Below, piece after piece: positions 9,874 to 19,244 of a stretch of 64,000 nucleotides of DNA; position 1 is the stretch's first letter, and each line of letters starts with the position of its first letter. Below the pieces are notes generated by a model, which ran no database searches, was not told the origin of the DNA, and saw only the letters and a program-made list of their open reading frames with translations. Source of the stretch: Gemmatimonadales bacterium. GTDB taxonomy: Bacteria > Gemmatimonadota > Gemmatimonadetes > Gemmatimonadales > GWC2-71-9. Location of the stretch: positions 160,001 through 224,000 of the forward strand of contig JBFGJG010000002.1 in assembly GCA_041577295.1 (NCBI GenBank). The letters run 5' to 3'. The translations under genes were made by a program, and so were the position numbers.

Positions 9874-10956
9874 ATGACTGAGTCGAGCCCGCCGCCCGAA
9901 CCGATTCCCGTCCTCATCGTTGACGACGAGGCGCCGCTGAGGGAAGCGTTGGCTCGTTATCTCAGGGAACAGGATTTCGAGGTCGTTACCGCAGACTCGG
10001 GGGCTGAGGCGCTCTCGCAGCTTCGCCACAAGAAGTTTCATGTCTTGCTGCTCGACATTCGCATGCCGGGCATGAGTGGTATCGACACCGTCTCCGAGGC
10101 GATCGATATCGATCCCGACCTCGCCATCATCATGCTCAGTGCCGTAGTCGATGCGACCAGTGCCGCCAACTGCATGCAGCGCGGCGCGATGGATTACCTC
10201 ACCAAACCCATCGAGCTCACGGACCTGATCGGCTCTGTTCACCGAGTCCTCAGGCGGCGCGACACCCTCATGCAAAGCCGCGGCATCACGACGTGGCTGC
10301 GGGAAGAGGTCCAGCGGCGAGGCGAGGAGGTCGTACGCGAGCGTCACAAACAAGAGTTGATCACGCTGGCAACTCTGGAAGCGCTGGTAAACGCGCTCGA
10401 AGCGAAAAACGAGTACCTCCGAGGTCACTCAGCGAGAATCGCCGCACTGTCTGCAACGATCGCGCATGAGATGCGCCTTCCGGACGAGGAGGTTGAGCGC
10501 GTGAGAATGGCGGGTCGCCTGCACGACCTCGGTAAGATCGGAATTCGGGAAGACATTCTCAACAAGGAAGGTCCCCTCACGGATGAGGAGTTCGAGCACG
10601 TCAAGCAGCATGTCGTGATCGGCTCTCAGATTTTGGCACCCCTCACGCATCTCGGCCAAATCGTGGGATATGTGCGCGGCCACCACGAACACTGGGATGG
10701 AAGCGGTTATCCCGACGGCCTGGCCGGTGACGACATCCCCATCGGTGCCCGGGTCATATGTGCGGCGGAGATCTACGACGCCCTGACCTCATCGCGTCCG
10801 TACCATGAAAAGCTCCCGCCCGAAGAGGCGACCGAGCGCATGCGGCTCCTCAGCGGAAGCGCACTGGACCCCAACGTTATGGATGCGCTCGCTGCGGCCG
10901 TGGCACGGCGTAAGACGCTCGTTTTCCTTGACGAGGGCCTGCCCCAACCGGGTTAG
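9874..10956 (+). CDS. Response regulator with HD-GYP phosphodiesterase domain
   Basis: REC domain (LIVDDE, LLDIRMPG, KP) plus GHS.R, LHDLGK, HHEHWDGSGYPDGL. AAGGAGG RBS. Confidence 0.92.
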   Translation: MTESSPPPEPIPVLIVDDEAPLREALARYLREQDFEVVTADSGAEALSQLRHKKFHVLLLDIRMPGMSGIDTVSEAIDIDPDLAIIMLSAVVDATSAANCMQRGAMDYLTKPIELTDLIGSVHRVLRRRDTLMQSRGITTWLREEVQRRGEEVVRERHKQELITLATLEALVNALEAKNEYLRGHSARIAALSATIAHEMRLPDEEVERVRMAGRLHDLGKIGIREDILNKEGPLTDEEFEHVKQHVVIGSQILAPLTHLGQIVGYVRGHHEHWDGSGYPDGLAGDDIPIGARVICAAEIYDALTSSRPYHEKLPPEEATERMRLLSGSALDPNVMDALAAAVARRKTLVFLDEGLPQPG

Positions 10957-11980
10957 TCGCACTCGGGTCGCGATCGCAGCGATCGCCACCTCTCTACTCG
11001 CCTGCACGCCACACCCCCGCCTGGTTGCAGTCGCCGACTCGGCCGGTGTCGCAGTCATCTACGACGAACAACTCGTTCCACTGGACACCGTCGAACTCGA
11101 TTCGGCACGCGAGGCTGCGACCGGGGACGTCCTGTTCACTGGGGACGGCGTGAGCTTGCTCAGCGTCGGAACCGACGCACACGGCGGCGGCCTTCGGCGC
11201 AGTGGCCGGCTTGCACGTGGGATCTTACAGACGACTCACCTATCCGAAGCGGCACACCGTATTGTTCCGTTCTCGGACGGTCGCCGAATTCTGGTCCTAG
11301 GAGCGCTCAGCGGCGGGGACGCGTTGGTGGGTACGGCCCGTGTGATCGACGTGGATTCGTTTGGCGAACTAAGCCTGCCAATCACGGCGTGTTCCGGAGC
11401 CGCGGTGGACGCGGCAGTTCACCGGGACGGTGCCAAGGCGTTCGTCGTGTGTGAGGACGATTCGATTTCGGAGATCGATGCGATACTCAACCAAGTTGTA
11501 CGGAACACGTCCCTCTCTCTGGACCGCGACTGCGGCGTTGCCGGTGCCGCGCTCTCCCCTAGCGGGTCGCTGCTCCTCGTCCCGTGTGCGCGCTCGGGCT
11601 GGATGCTGTACATCGATCGGGTTTCCCTGACTCCGCTCGATTCGGTGCAGGTGGGGCCGGGGGCGCATTCAGTGGTGGTGCTTCCCGGAACCCGCGAAGC
11701 GATCGTCGCTTTTTCCCGAGAGATTGTCTTCGTCGACCTCGGTAGCCTCCGTGTGCGCCGACGAGCCCAATTCGCGACCGAGATCCATCAGGTGGAATCC
11801 GGAGCGGACGGCCGATCGATTGCCATCTTGGGTACGGCGGATGGTCACGCGAGAATTCTCCTCGTTGATCGAGCAAGCGGAGCGCTCGTCCGCGAAGCGG
11901 CGGCCCCTCCCAGGGCGACCTCCGTCGCCGTGTGGCCAGGAAGAGAATTTCCCGTCATGATCTGGCAGGTTAGGCAGTAG
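10928..11980 (+). CDS. YncE/YVTN-like beta-propeller lipoprotein
   Basis: Lipobox SLLAC and repeated propeller-like blades (ALSPSGSLLLV, VQVGPGAHSV). Start uncertain (10883 or 10928). Confidence 0.6.
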   Translation: MTRACPNRVSRTRVAIAAIATSLLACTPHPRLVAVADSAGVAVIYDEQLVPLDTVELDSAREAATGDVLFTGDGVSLLSVGTDAHGGGLRRSGRLARGILQTTHLSEAAHRIVPFSDGRRILVLGALSGGDALVGTARVIDVDSFGELSLPITACSGAAVDAAVHRDGAKAFVVCEDDSISEIDAILNQVVRNTSLSLDRDCGVAGAALSPSGSLLLVPCARSGWMLYIDRVSLTPLDSVQVGPGAHSVVVLPGTREAIVAFSREIVFVDLGSLRVRRRAQFATEIHQVESGADGRSIAILGTADGHARILLVDRASGALVREAAAPPRATSVAVWPGREFPVMIWQVRQ

Positions 11981-12012
11981 GGGGTCGGGCGTAGGGATGC
12001 GGCTATTCCCGT

Positions 12013-12042
12013 AAAAAACCCGGGCCCTTTCGGACCCGGGTT
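12013..12042 (-). terminator. Intrinsic terminator
   Basis: Minus strand aacccgggtcc-gaaa-gggcccgggtttttt. Confidence 0.8.
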
Positions 12043-12173
12043 GGCGGGCCGAGCGACGCCGCCGTCACACGCCGCGCACGGCCACTTGTGCGAGATGATG
12101 ATGAGGGGTGATACGGAACCTCTCGCGGGGCTCCGATTTGGGTAACAATGCCCCTCGCCATTGGGTTCCCGGC

Positions 12174-12647
12174 TCAGGGCCAGTGCCGCAGACGCCCGAG
12201 CCGAGACGTGGTCAATGATTCCGCCGCCGCGCCGCGGCGCAGGATCACCTTCGTATTGGCCGCGCCCCAACCAACCCCAGTTGGAGCGATGCGAATCGCT
12301 GCCCTGGTTGCGGTGAGTGCGACACCATGTCGCGACGGACCCGGTGCAACAAAGAGCGTTGAGTCCGCGCTCCCCTCGCGTACCGCAACGAGCGAATCTG
12401 CGCCGAACTCGATCCTGACACGGTGGGACAGAAACACCGCTGCCATCCGCGACCGCGAGTAAAACGACGAGACTTCTCGTGCGGCCCGCTGCGTAATCAG
12501 CGCATCCCGCCACTGAAGGATTGCCGGTGCGAGGACCATCACCAGAGTGCTCAAGAACGCGAGCACCACGAGCATTTCTAAAAGGGTGGCTCCTCGTAAC
12601 CCGCGACGTGACATGAGGAGAACATGCCGTTTCGGCCATCGCCTCAA
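12174..12647 (-). CDS. Prepilin-type N-terminal methylation protein (FimT/GspH-like pseudopilin)
   Basis: RG-ATLLEMLVVLAFL class III signal peptide and C-terminal SRLGRLRHW. Confidence 0.8.
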   Translation of the reverse strand: MRRWPKRHVLLMSRRGLRGATLLEMLVVLAFLSTLVMVLAPAILQWRDALITQRAAREVSSFYSRSRMAAVFLSHRVRIEFGADSLVAVREGSADSTLFVAPGPSRHGVALTATRAAIRIAPTGVGWGAANTKVILRRGAAAESLTTSRLGRLRHWP

Positions 12648-13041
12648 CTAACCGAAAAGACGGGAGCGAGGTGCAAAAGAGTGTCACATTTGCACCACAG
12701 GTGACGAATTCTGCATGGGGTGGCGTATAACGAGGCACGTCGACTGACACCGAGGCAAGTGATCTCGTTGTCACTTCATGAGTTGCATCGACTCTCATGG
12801 TAGGCGTTACTCGGTATGCAACTTGCTCCGTCAGGCTTGGGCCGCTTGTGGGCTCAATCGCAATTGCAGCACGCGCCCGACAGTCAGGAGGTTTACCCAA
12901 CTGTGCGACTTCGCGGTCCGACAACAGGGGTCCGTCGACGCCATGTCACAGCGTGCTTGTGCGCCCTTGCCCGACCCATGAACCAGAACCATACTTGCAG
13001 AGCGTCCTGATGCCGAGCACCTACCGAGGGAACGCAATCTC

Positions 13042-14337
13042 GTGACACCAGCAGCGAGCGGGTCACATTCTCAGCCTGAAACTCCCAGCACGTTTCATGA
13101 GGCGTTTCTCGCGCGCGCCGCGAACGCAACGGATCAGCGGATCAAGGCCCGCGCGCTCGGCGCATTCCTGACTCTCAGATTGGTCGATCAATTCGCACGG
13201 GTCAGCCCCGAGGATCTCGGTTCGGAGTCGCTCCAATATCAGCTCAAGGCGACGTCGGATTACTTGGCACAACTCTACCCTCGCACGGTCGAGGTGAACC
13301 ACCTCGCTGAGGTGGCGCGCGTCGCCGCCGGAACGTCGCGGGCGGGAAGCACCCGCGTGCTGTGGCCACCCATGCTCGCGTATGGATACTGGCTCGAGCA
13401 GCAATTGCGCCTCGACGAGGCGCTCGACGTTCTCGAGACGGCGCTGCGCTTATCGGACGGACGGACGTCAGAGGAGGATGTCGCCGCGCATCTGCAACGC
13501 GCGCGCGTGCTACGACGCGCCGGTCGTTTTCGCGACGCGAGCGAGGAGTACACGACGGCTGGTTCTCTTGCCATCGCGCTCGCCGATCATCGATCGGAGC
13601 TGTTGAGTCGCATCGGGCGTGCGATCGTGCTGCAGAAGATCGGGAATCTCCCAGAATCGGAGCGGGTTTTGCGGGAGGTTCTAGAGGACGCCGCGTCGCT
13701 CGGCGACCGCGACGCGGAGGCCAGGGCGTGTCACGACCTGTCAGTGGCGCTCGCCTTGCGTGAGCGGTTCAGCGAGGCTATTCCCTACGCGTACCGTGCG
13801 TACGAGCTGTACGAACATCCGACGCACAAGGCCCGGGCGCTCAATGACACCGCGTCGTTACTCAAGGAGCTCGGGCATTACAGCGCAGCTCAGGATGCCC
13901 TGACGGTCGTGGTGGGAAGCTGTCCGCCAACTGAGGTACTCTTGCGCGCGCAGTTAGAGCTCCTAGACGTGAGCGCGCAAATAGGCGATCGTCTTTCATT
14001 CGAGCGTTGGCGCCGGGAGCTCGGGACCGACAGCGAGCTCATGCCGCCGGATCTGTTGGTGGAGTTCGCGATGACGCTTGGCGCAGGATTGGTCGCATTC
14101 GGCCGCGCGGCGGATGGAGAAGCCGAACTCTGCCGGGCCGTGAAGCTCGCCGAACAACACGCTATGGGCGAGGTTGTATTTCGCGCCGAACGAATCCTCC
14201 TCGACGCGCGAGAGCGCGGCACCCGGCAAGCAAATGCCGCGCTGCCTACGGCGCCGCCGCTATCGGCGGACGTACAGCGGACGGTGGACTCGCTTCGGGT
14301 CCTCCGAACCAGTGTGGAAACGACTGCCGTCTCTTAG
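13042..14337 (+). CDS. Tetratricopeptide-repeat protein (431 aa), no obvious HTH or enzyme domain
   Basis: Tandem TPR-like units (ARVLRRAGRFRDASEEY, AIVLQKIGNLPESERVL, ALRERFSEAIPYAYRAY, LKELGHYSAAQDAL). Confidence 0.8.
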   Translation: MTPAASGSHSQPETPSTFHEAFLARAANATDQRIKARALGAFLTLRLVDQFARVSPEDLGSESLQYQLKATSDYLAQLYPRTVEVNHLAEVARVAAGTSRAGSTRVLWPPMLAYGYWLEQQLRLDEALDVLETALRLSDGRTSEEDVAAHLQRARVLRRAGRFRDASEEYTTAGSLAIALADHRSELLSRIGRAIVLQKIGNLPESERVLREVLEDAASLGDRDAEARACHDLSVALALRERFSEAIPYAYRAYELYEHPTHKARALNDTASLLKELGHYSAAQDALTVVVGSCPPTEVLLRAQLELLDVSAQIGDRLSFERWRRELGTDSELMPPDLLVEFAMTLGAGLVAFGRAADGEAELCRAVKLAEQHAMGEVVFRAERILLDARERGTRQANAALPTAPPLSADVQRTVDSLRVLRTSVETTAVS

Positions 14338-14352
14338 AGCGGATTCAGCTCT

Positions 14353-14505
14353 TTAGGTATCTGAGTTCGTGTACCCGGCGTTGAAGCACGCGCTCTCTTC
14401 GCCGCCGCAGTTGTCCATTGGGGCAACCGGGTTCGCACAGGCAGCGGCGCCTAGTGCTACGGAGGCGAGTAACGCAAACGCGTATAGGCGAAGTCGACGC
14501 GACAT
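14353..14505 (-). CDS. Small exported lipopeptide, 50 aa
   Basis: AGGAGG RBS just upstream of the ATG. Sequence MSRRLRLYAFALLASVALGAAA-CANPVAPMDNCGGEESACFNAGYTNSDT has a basic N-region, hydrophobic core and lipobox Cys23. Confidence 0.8.
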   Translation of the reverse strand: MSRRLRLYAFALLASVALGAAACANPVAPMDNCGGEESACFNAGYTNSDT

Positions 14506-14608
14506 GGCTCCTCCTGGATGACGGAGCAACAGAGTGAATGGAGGTGTTGATGTGTTTCGGGAACGCCTACCTAAGCTCACTTCGGGTGCACACTGTTGCG
14601 TAGGCCCC

Positions 14609-14638
14609 TTTTGGGACTTCATGTGTCGTTTTTGGGAC
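14609..14638. promoter_or_regulatory. Tandem direct repeats TTTTGGGAC, 21-bp period (putative AraC-type operator)
   Basis: Identical 9-mers at 14609-14617 and 14630-14638, between the divergent peptide and AraC genes. Confidence 0.55.
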
Positions 14639-14642
14639 ATTC

Positions 14643-15440
14643 ATGCTGGTCCTGGCGGCAGTACCTGAGCACTTCACCCGACGCCTCGAGCGCGCGGCCG
14701 GTCAGCGATTCACCTTCCTGCCGGCGCGATCCTGGTCGGTGGCACTCGATGCCATTCGGGTGGAACCCCTGGAGTTGGCAATCGTCGACCCGGGGTTGGA
14801 GGGGATTCCGCGCGCCCACGAGATCGAGCGGTTGCGCGTGCTCTTCCCGTCGCTGCCGCTCATCCTTTATACGCGGCTGCTGCCGGGCATGGTCCCGGTC
14901 CTGCTGCAACTTGGTCGGGCGGGCGTCCACGAAGTGGTGGTGGAAGGACACGACGATCACCCTGACCGGCTCCGGGAGCTTCTCGTCGAGGTCGGGGCGG
15001 CGTCTATCTCCCGGCAGCTCATCAACGCGATCCAGGGCTTTTTGGATGGGTGTCCCGGAGAGCTCCGGTGGGCGATCGAAACGGCTATCCGAGAACCGGC
15101 GAGTCTCCACACGGTGGGCGAGCTCGCCAAGCGCGCGCGTATGGATCGCCGCACGTGCTCCCGGTGGTTCACCAAGGCCGATCTGCCGCCGCCGAGCTCG
15201 ATGTTGATGTTATTCCGCGTGATTTACGCGCACCGCTTGCTGCAGGATCCTGGGTACACCGTGGAGGATGTTGCCGCCAAACTCGGGTACGCGAAGACCC
15301 GGTCGTTCGCCCAGAACGTCAAGGACGTCTTTGGGCTGACGCCTGGAGAGTTACGGGTATCGTTGACACCGGCGGACGCACTGCGCATCGTCCGCGAGCG
15401 CTATTTTCGGGGGAAGCAGCAATCCCTCGCGACCGCATGA
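14643..15440 (+). CDS. AraC-family transcriptional regulator with receiver-like N-terminal domain
   Basis: C-terminal double HTH (TVGELAKRARMDRRTCSRWF; TVEDVAAKLGYAKTRSFAQNVKDVFGLTPGELR). The N-terminus is REC-like (LAIVDP, PLILYT). Confidence 0.85.
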   Translation: MLVLAAVPEHFTRRLERAAGQRFTFLPARSWSVALDAIRVEPLELAIVDPGLEGIPRAHEIERLRVLFPSLPLILYTRLLPGMVPVLLQLGRAGVHEVVVEGHDDHPDRLRELLVEVGAASISRQLINAIQGFLDGCPGELRWAIETAIREPASLHTVGELAKRARMDRRTCSRWFTKADLPPPSSMLMLFRVIYAHRLLQDPGYTVEDVAAKLGYAKTRSFAQNVKDVFGLTPGELRVSLTPADALRIVRERYFRGKQQSLATA

Positions 15441-15835
15441 CGGGGCCGCTGCGCATTCTCGTGGTCGACGACGACCCCAGCGTGCGACGCGTGCTCGAGC
15501 GTGCGTTGCAACGGCGCGGTCACGTGGCATACATGGCCGCGGCGGGTGATGAAGCGCTTGAAATTCTGCGAACGCACGAAGTCGATGTGGTATTGATGGA
15601 TCTGCGGATGCCCGGCATGTCCGGGCAGACACTCTACCACGTGATCGCCAGCCAGTGGCCCTCGCTGGGAACGCGTGTCGTGGTGATGAGCGGCGATCCG
15701 GATGCCGTAGATCACGAGGAGTGGTTGAGCTTGAACAATATGCCGGTTATCAGCAAGCCATTCGATTTGGCGGATTTATTCGCTATCATTGAGCGCTTGT
15801 TGAACGATGAACGCCGCCGGGCAAACGGTGGTTGA
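15437..15835 (+). CDS. Single-domain response regulator (REC)
   Basis: ILVVDDD, VLMDLRMPG, MSG and SKPF motifs. ATGA overlap with the AraC gene. Confidence 0.9.
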   Translation: MTGPLRILVVDDDPSVRRVLERALQRRGHVAYMAAAGDEALEILRTHEVDVVLMDLRMPGMSGQTLYHVIASQWPSLGTRVVVMSGDPDAVDHEEWLSLNNMPVISKPFDLADLFAIIERLLNDERRRANGG

Positions 15836-15851
15836 CCCCCGTTCGGGAGGT

Positions 15852-16544
15852 ATGCGGGTGAACGATCCCCTTACCGTGTTGCGCTCCTATCGCGAACTCG
15901 CGCCATGGAACCTGCGGGACCTGGCAAAACTCGCCGGTGGAATCTTGGAAGCGTCCGGCGTGCGCCCGATCAACGCGGCCGCGAGCGCGCGCCCCAACGA
16001 GCGCACGATCCGTTTTTACGTCACCCGCGGACTGGTTACCCCACCCGAGGGTCGCGGGACCGCAGCGATCTACGCGTATCGACACCTGTTACAGGTTCTG
16101 GCAATCAAGCTCCGCCAGATGGAGGGAGCCACGCTCGCTGCGATCGCTGAGGAGCTCAACACCATGACGGGCGACGTCCTCGAGCGGCGAGTGGCGGCGG
16201 CTTTGGGCGACGGGTTACCCAGCCCGGATCGGTTGCCGCTGGCAGACGAAGACGCGGCGCCCCGGGGACGAGCCGGCCGCCTCTTCAGGAGTTGGTCGGG
16301 GGAGGGGGAAGCATCTCGTGGGTCGTCGGAAACCACCCGCCCCACCTCGTGGAATCGGTTTCCCGTTGCGCCGGGGGTCGAGCTGCACCTCCATGCAGAT
16401 CACCCACTCGCCCGTGCACGGGAGCGAAACTCGGAGTTGGTCGACGCAATTCGGCTTGCGCTCTCGCGAGTGCTCGCACGAGGTCGTTCGATACCCGAGA
16501 AAGCGAGTGCCGGAGAGCGCACTGACGTCCGGGCACGTTCATAA
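15852..16544 (+). CDS. MerR-type HTH transcriptional regulator
   Basis: ERTIRFYVTRGLVTPP...YAYRHLLQVLAIKLRQMEG.TLAAI. GGAGG RBS. Confidence 0.85.
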   Translation: MRVNDPLTVLRSYRELAPWNLRDLAKLAGGILEASGVRPINAAASARPNERTIRFYVTRGLVTPPEGRGTAAIYAYRHLLQVLAIKLRQMEGATLAAIAEELNTMTGDVLERRVAAALGDGLPSPDRLPLADEDAAPRGRAGRLFRSWSGEGEASRGSSETTRPTSWNRFPVAPGVELHLHADHPLARARERNSELVDAIRLALSRVLARGRSIPEKASAGERTDVRARS

Positions 16545-16601
16545 TCACCCGCCGGAGTACCAACTCGATCACTCACCCGCCCTCTCGCAGGGGAGTTCTC
16601 C

Positions 16602-17189
16602 ATGTCTTGGATATTTCTCGCCCTGGTCATCGTGGTCGTTCTCTGGGCAATCTTTGCATACAACACGCTGATCAATCTCAAGGGACAGACCCACAACGCG
16701 TGGAAACAGATTGACGTCCAGTTGAAACGCCGCCACGATCTGATCCCAAACCTGGTCGAGGCGGTTCGCGGTGCGATGGAGTTTGAACGCGAGACGCTCG
16801 AAGCCGTGATCCAAGCCCGTAATCAGGCGGTAAAGATCCAAGCCACCGCCGCTCCGACCGGTGGCGTGAAGCAACTCGCGCAGGCCGAGGCCGCGCTGAC
16901 GAGCGCACTGGGACGGCTCAACGTCGTCGTCGAGCGGTACCCGGATCTCAAGGCCACGGGGAACGTCAGTCAGCTGCAGGAAGAGTTGACCTCCACCGAA
17001 AATCGCGTCGCATTCGCTCGCCAGTTGTACAACGACACCGCAACGTCGTACAACGTCAAGCAACAGCAGATTCCATGGAACCTGGTGGCGGGGTTCGCCA
17101 AGGCGGAGCCGGTGGAGCTGTGGGAGATCACCGACGAAACCGAACGCGAGGTACCGCAGGTTGATCTCTCCCTCAAACCCAGGCAGTGA
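16602..17189 (+). CDS. lemA: LemA family protein
   Basis: N-terminal TM, QIDVQLKRRHDLIPNLV, ERYPDLKA, ENRVAFARQLYN. Confidence 0.95.
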   Translation: MSWIFLALVIVVVLWAIFAYNTLINLKGQTHNAWKQIDVQLKRRHDLIPNLVEAVRGAMEFERETLEAVIQARNQAVKIQATAAPTGGVKQLAQAEAALTSALGRLNVVVERYPDLKATGNVSQLQEELTSTENRVAFARQLYNDTATSYNVKQQQIPWNLVAGFAKAEPVELWEITDETEREVPQVDLSLKPRQ

Positions 17190-18211
17190 CCGGCGCTAAT
17201 CTCTTTGCGCAGCAAGCTGCCAATCGCCGCCGGTCCCGTATCCTGGTCATCATTTTTCTGTTGTTTTTCGCTTGGGTCGGGTTCGGCGGCGATCTCGCCT
17301 TCACACTCGCCACCTCTGACGCTCCCGACGACGCCTATCATCACGTAATCCCCTGGTTTGGCTTCGGCGCGACGCTGCTCGGCGCGGGTTTAGCCTGGTT
17401 CGGGTGGCGGCGTGGGCCCAAGGAAGTGCTCTGGTCCACTGGAGCCTGGCAGATGCTCGAGGCGGACACGCCGGAGACAAAGCGACTCGTCAACGTGGTC
17501 GAGGAAATGGCGATCGCTTCGGGCTTGCCCGTTCCCACCATCTGGATCGTTCCCGATAAGGACCCCAATGCGTTCGCCACCGGCACCGACGAGCAAAACG
17601 CCCACATTGCGGTGACTGAGGGGCTGCTCGAAACGCTCAACAGGGAGGAGCTGCAGGCGGTCGTGGCCCACGAGATGGCACACATCCAGAATTACGATGT
17701 GCGGTTGATGACGCTTCTCGCATCCCTGGTAGGTGTCATTGCGTTGATCTCGGATGGCGCGTGGCGTTTCTTGCGGTTCGGGCTTCGCGGTGGAGGACGG
17801 AGTGTTCGTGGTTCCGGCAAGAAGGGCGGCGCCGCATTAGCACCAGTCGTGTTCGCGATTTGGCTCTTCACGCTCCTCCTCGCGCCCAGTGTGTCACGAC
17901 TCCTGGCCCTCGGTGTGAGCCGCAAACGCGAATACCTGGCAGACGCGACCGCGGCCCAATTCACCCGCAACCCGGGCGCCCTGGCGTCGGCGCTCAGGAG
18001 AATCGAAGACGCCAAGGAGCCCACGAAAGCCATAAAACGCGGTGCCGCTCACCTCTGTATTGCAGATCCGATGGGGTTTCGCCTCACACACCGGGACGGG
18101 GTCGTCGCCAACCTGTTTGCCACCCACCCACCAATGGCCGTCAGGATCGCCCGGCTCAAGGCCATGGCGTACCAGTACGAACAGACCGGGGTGCTTCCCG
18201 AAGAGGTCTGA
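17186..18211 (+). CDS. htpX: M48 family zinc metalloprotease (HtpX-like)
   Basis: PNAFATG, HEMAH, SRKREYLADA and THPP motifs. Confidence 0.9.
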   Translation: MTGANLFAQQAANRRRSRILVIIFLLFFAWVGFGGDLAFTLATSDAPDDAYHHVIPWFGFGATLLGAGLAWFGWRRGPKEVLWSTGAWQMLEADTPETKRLVNVVEEMAIASGLPVPTIWIVPDKDPNAFATGTDEQNAHIAVTEGLLETLNREELQAVVAHEMAHIQNYDVRLMTLLASLVGVIALISDGAWRFLRFGLRGGGRSVRGSGKKGGAALAPVVFAIWLFTLLLAPSVSRLLALGVSRKREYLADATAAQFTRNPGALASALRRIEDAKEPTKAIKRGAAHLCIADPMGFRLTHRDGVVANLFATHPPMAVRIARLKAMAYQYEQTGVLPEEV

Positions 18212-18264
18212 CAACGCCCGATCGGTGTTTCCCGCACCGCTGCGGTATTTTTAAGTAACACATC

Positions 18265-19224
18265 ATGCCTACCGATATCCCCAGCCTCGCTGTCGGCGCG
18301 CGTGTCGAAGACACGTTCCTCGTGATCGAGGTGCGCGCTCATACGATGGACACCGGGGATGTGTTCACGATTCTCACGCTCAGCAACAGCTCCGGGCGGA
18401 TTCCCACCGAGCCGTTTTGGCCAAGCCGCCAGGACGAAGTCGCAGGTTTGTCTCGAGGGAACGTGGTGCAGATCCTCGGCGAAGTGGGCACGTTCCGGGA
18501 GCGGCGCCAGCTCAAAGTCACATCGGTCAGACCCCTCCCGACCGAAACCGTCAATCTGCTGGCGCTGCTCCCGACGGTGGGAGCCGTAGACCGGTATTGG
18601 CAGGTGCTCGACGGTTGGCGCCGGGATCTCGAGCCCGGAGGGGTACGCACCACCGTAGACCTCTTTTACGAGGATGAGAACTTCCGGCAGCGCTACGAGC
18701 AGTGTCCCGGAGCCGTTTACGGTCATCATGCCGCGATTGGCGGACTCCTCAAACACACAGCCGAGGTCGCAGCGATCGGTCGCACGATCGCCCGCGCGAG
18801 CGGCGCCAACATCGAGTACGTACTCGCCGGGGCGCTGCTACACGACATCGGCAAGATCGAGAGCTACCGGTGGGACGGCCTGTTCGACTACACCGATGCC
18901 GGACGCCTCGTGGGCCACGTGACGCTCGGCGCTTTGATGCTCGAGCGTCGGGTTCGCGAGCAGGCGACCCCACCCTGCTCCCCGAGGGAGCTGCTCCTCC
19001 TGACACACTTCATTCTCTCACACCATGGGAGACTCGAGTGGGGGAGTCCGGTCCAGCCCATGACGCTCGAAGCGGAGGCACTCCACTGGGCTGATAATGC
19101 GAGCGCCAAAACATCGAGCGTCGCTGAGGCGCTGCGCGATGACGACAACTTCCCGGAGGGCTCGTTCTCGTCCCCGGTGCGTGGCTTGGAATGGCGCCGC
19201 CTCTACCGTGACGGCGGTGACTAG
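18265..19224 (+). CDS. OB-fold + HD domain 3'-5' exoribonuclease (YhaM-like)
   Basis: N-terminal OB fold, then HHAAIGGLLKHT, LLHDIGK, LVGH and ILSHHGRLEWGSP. Confidence 0.85.
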   Translation: MPTDIPSLAVGARVEDTFLVIEVRAHTMDTGDVFTILTLSNSSGRIPTEPFWPSRQDEVAGLSRGNVVQILGEVGTFRERRQLKVTSVRPLPTETVNLLALLPTVGAVDRYWQVLDGWRRDLEPGGVRTTVDLFYEDENFRQRYEQCPGAVYGHHAAIGGLLKHTAEVAAIGRTIARASGANIEYVLAGALLHDIGKIESYRWDGLFDYTDAGRLVGHVTLGALMLERRVREQATPPCSPRELLLLTHFILSHHGRLEWGSPVQPMTLEAEALHWADNASAKTSSVAEALRDDDNFPEGSFSSPVRGLEWRRLYRDGGD

Positions 19225-19244
19225 GGCGCCGCTGCAGGGCCGAA

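Noticed and set aside
11845..12924. 359-aa minus-strand ORF
   Set aside because: Overlaps the pseudopilin gene in another frame and crosses a terminator. Composition is not protein-like.
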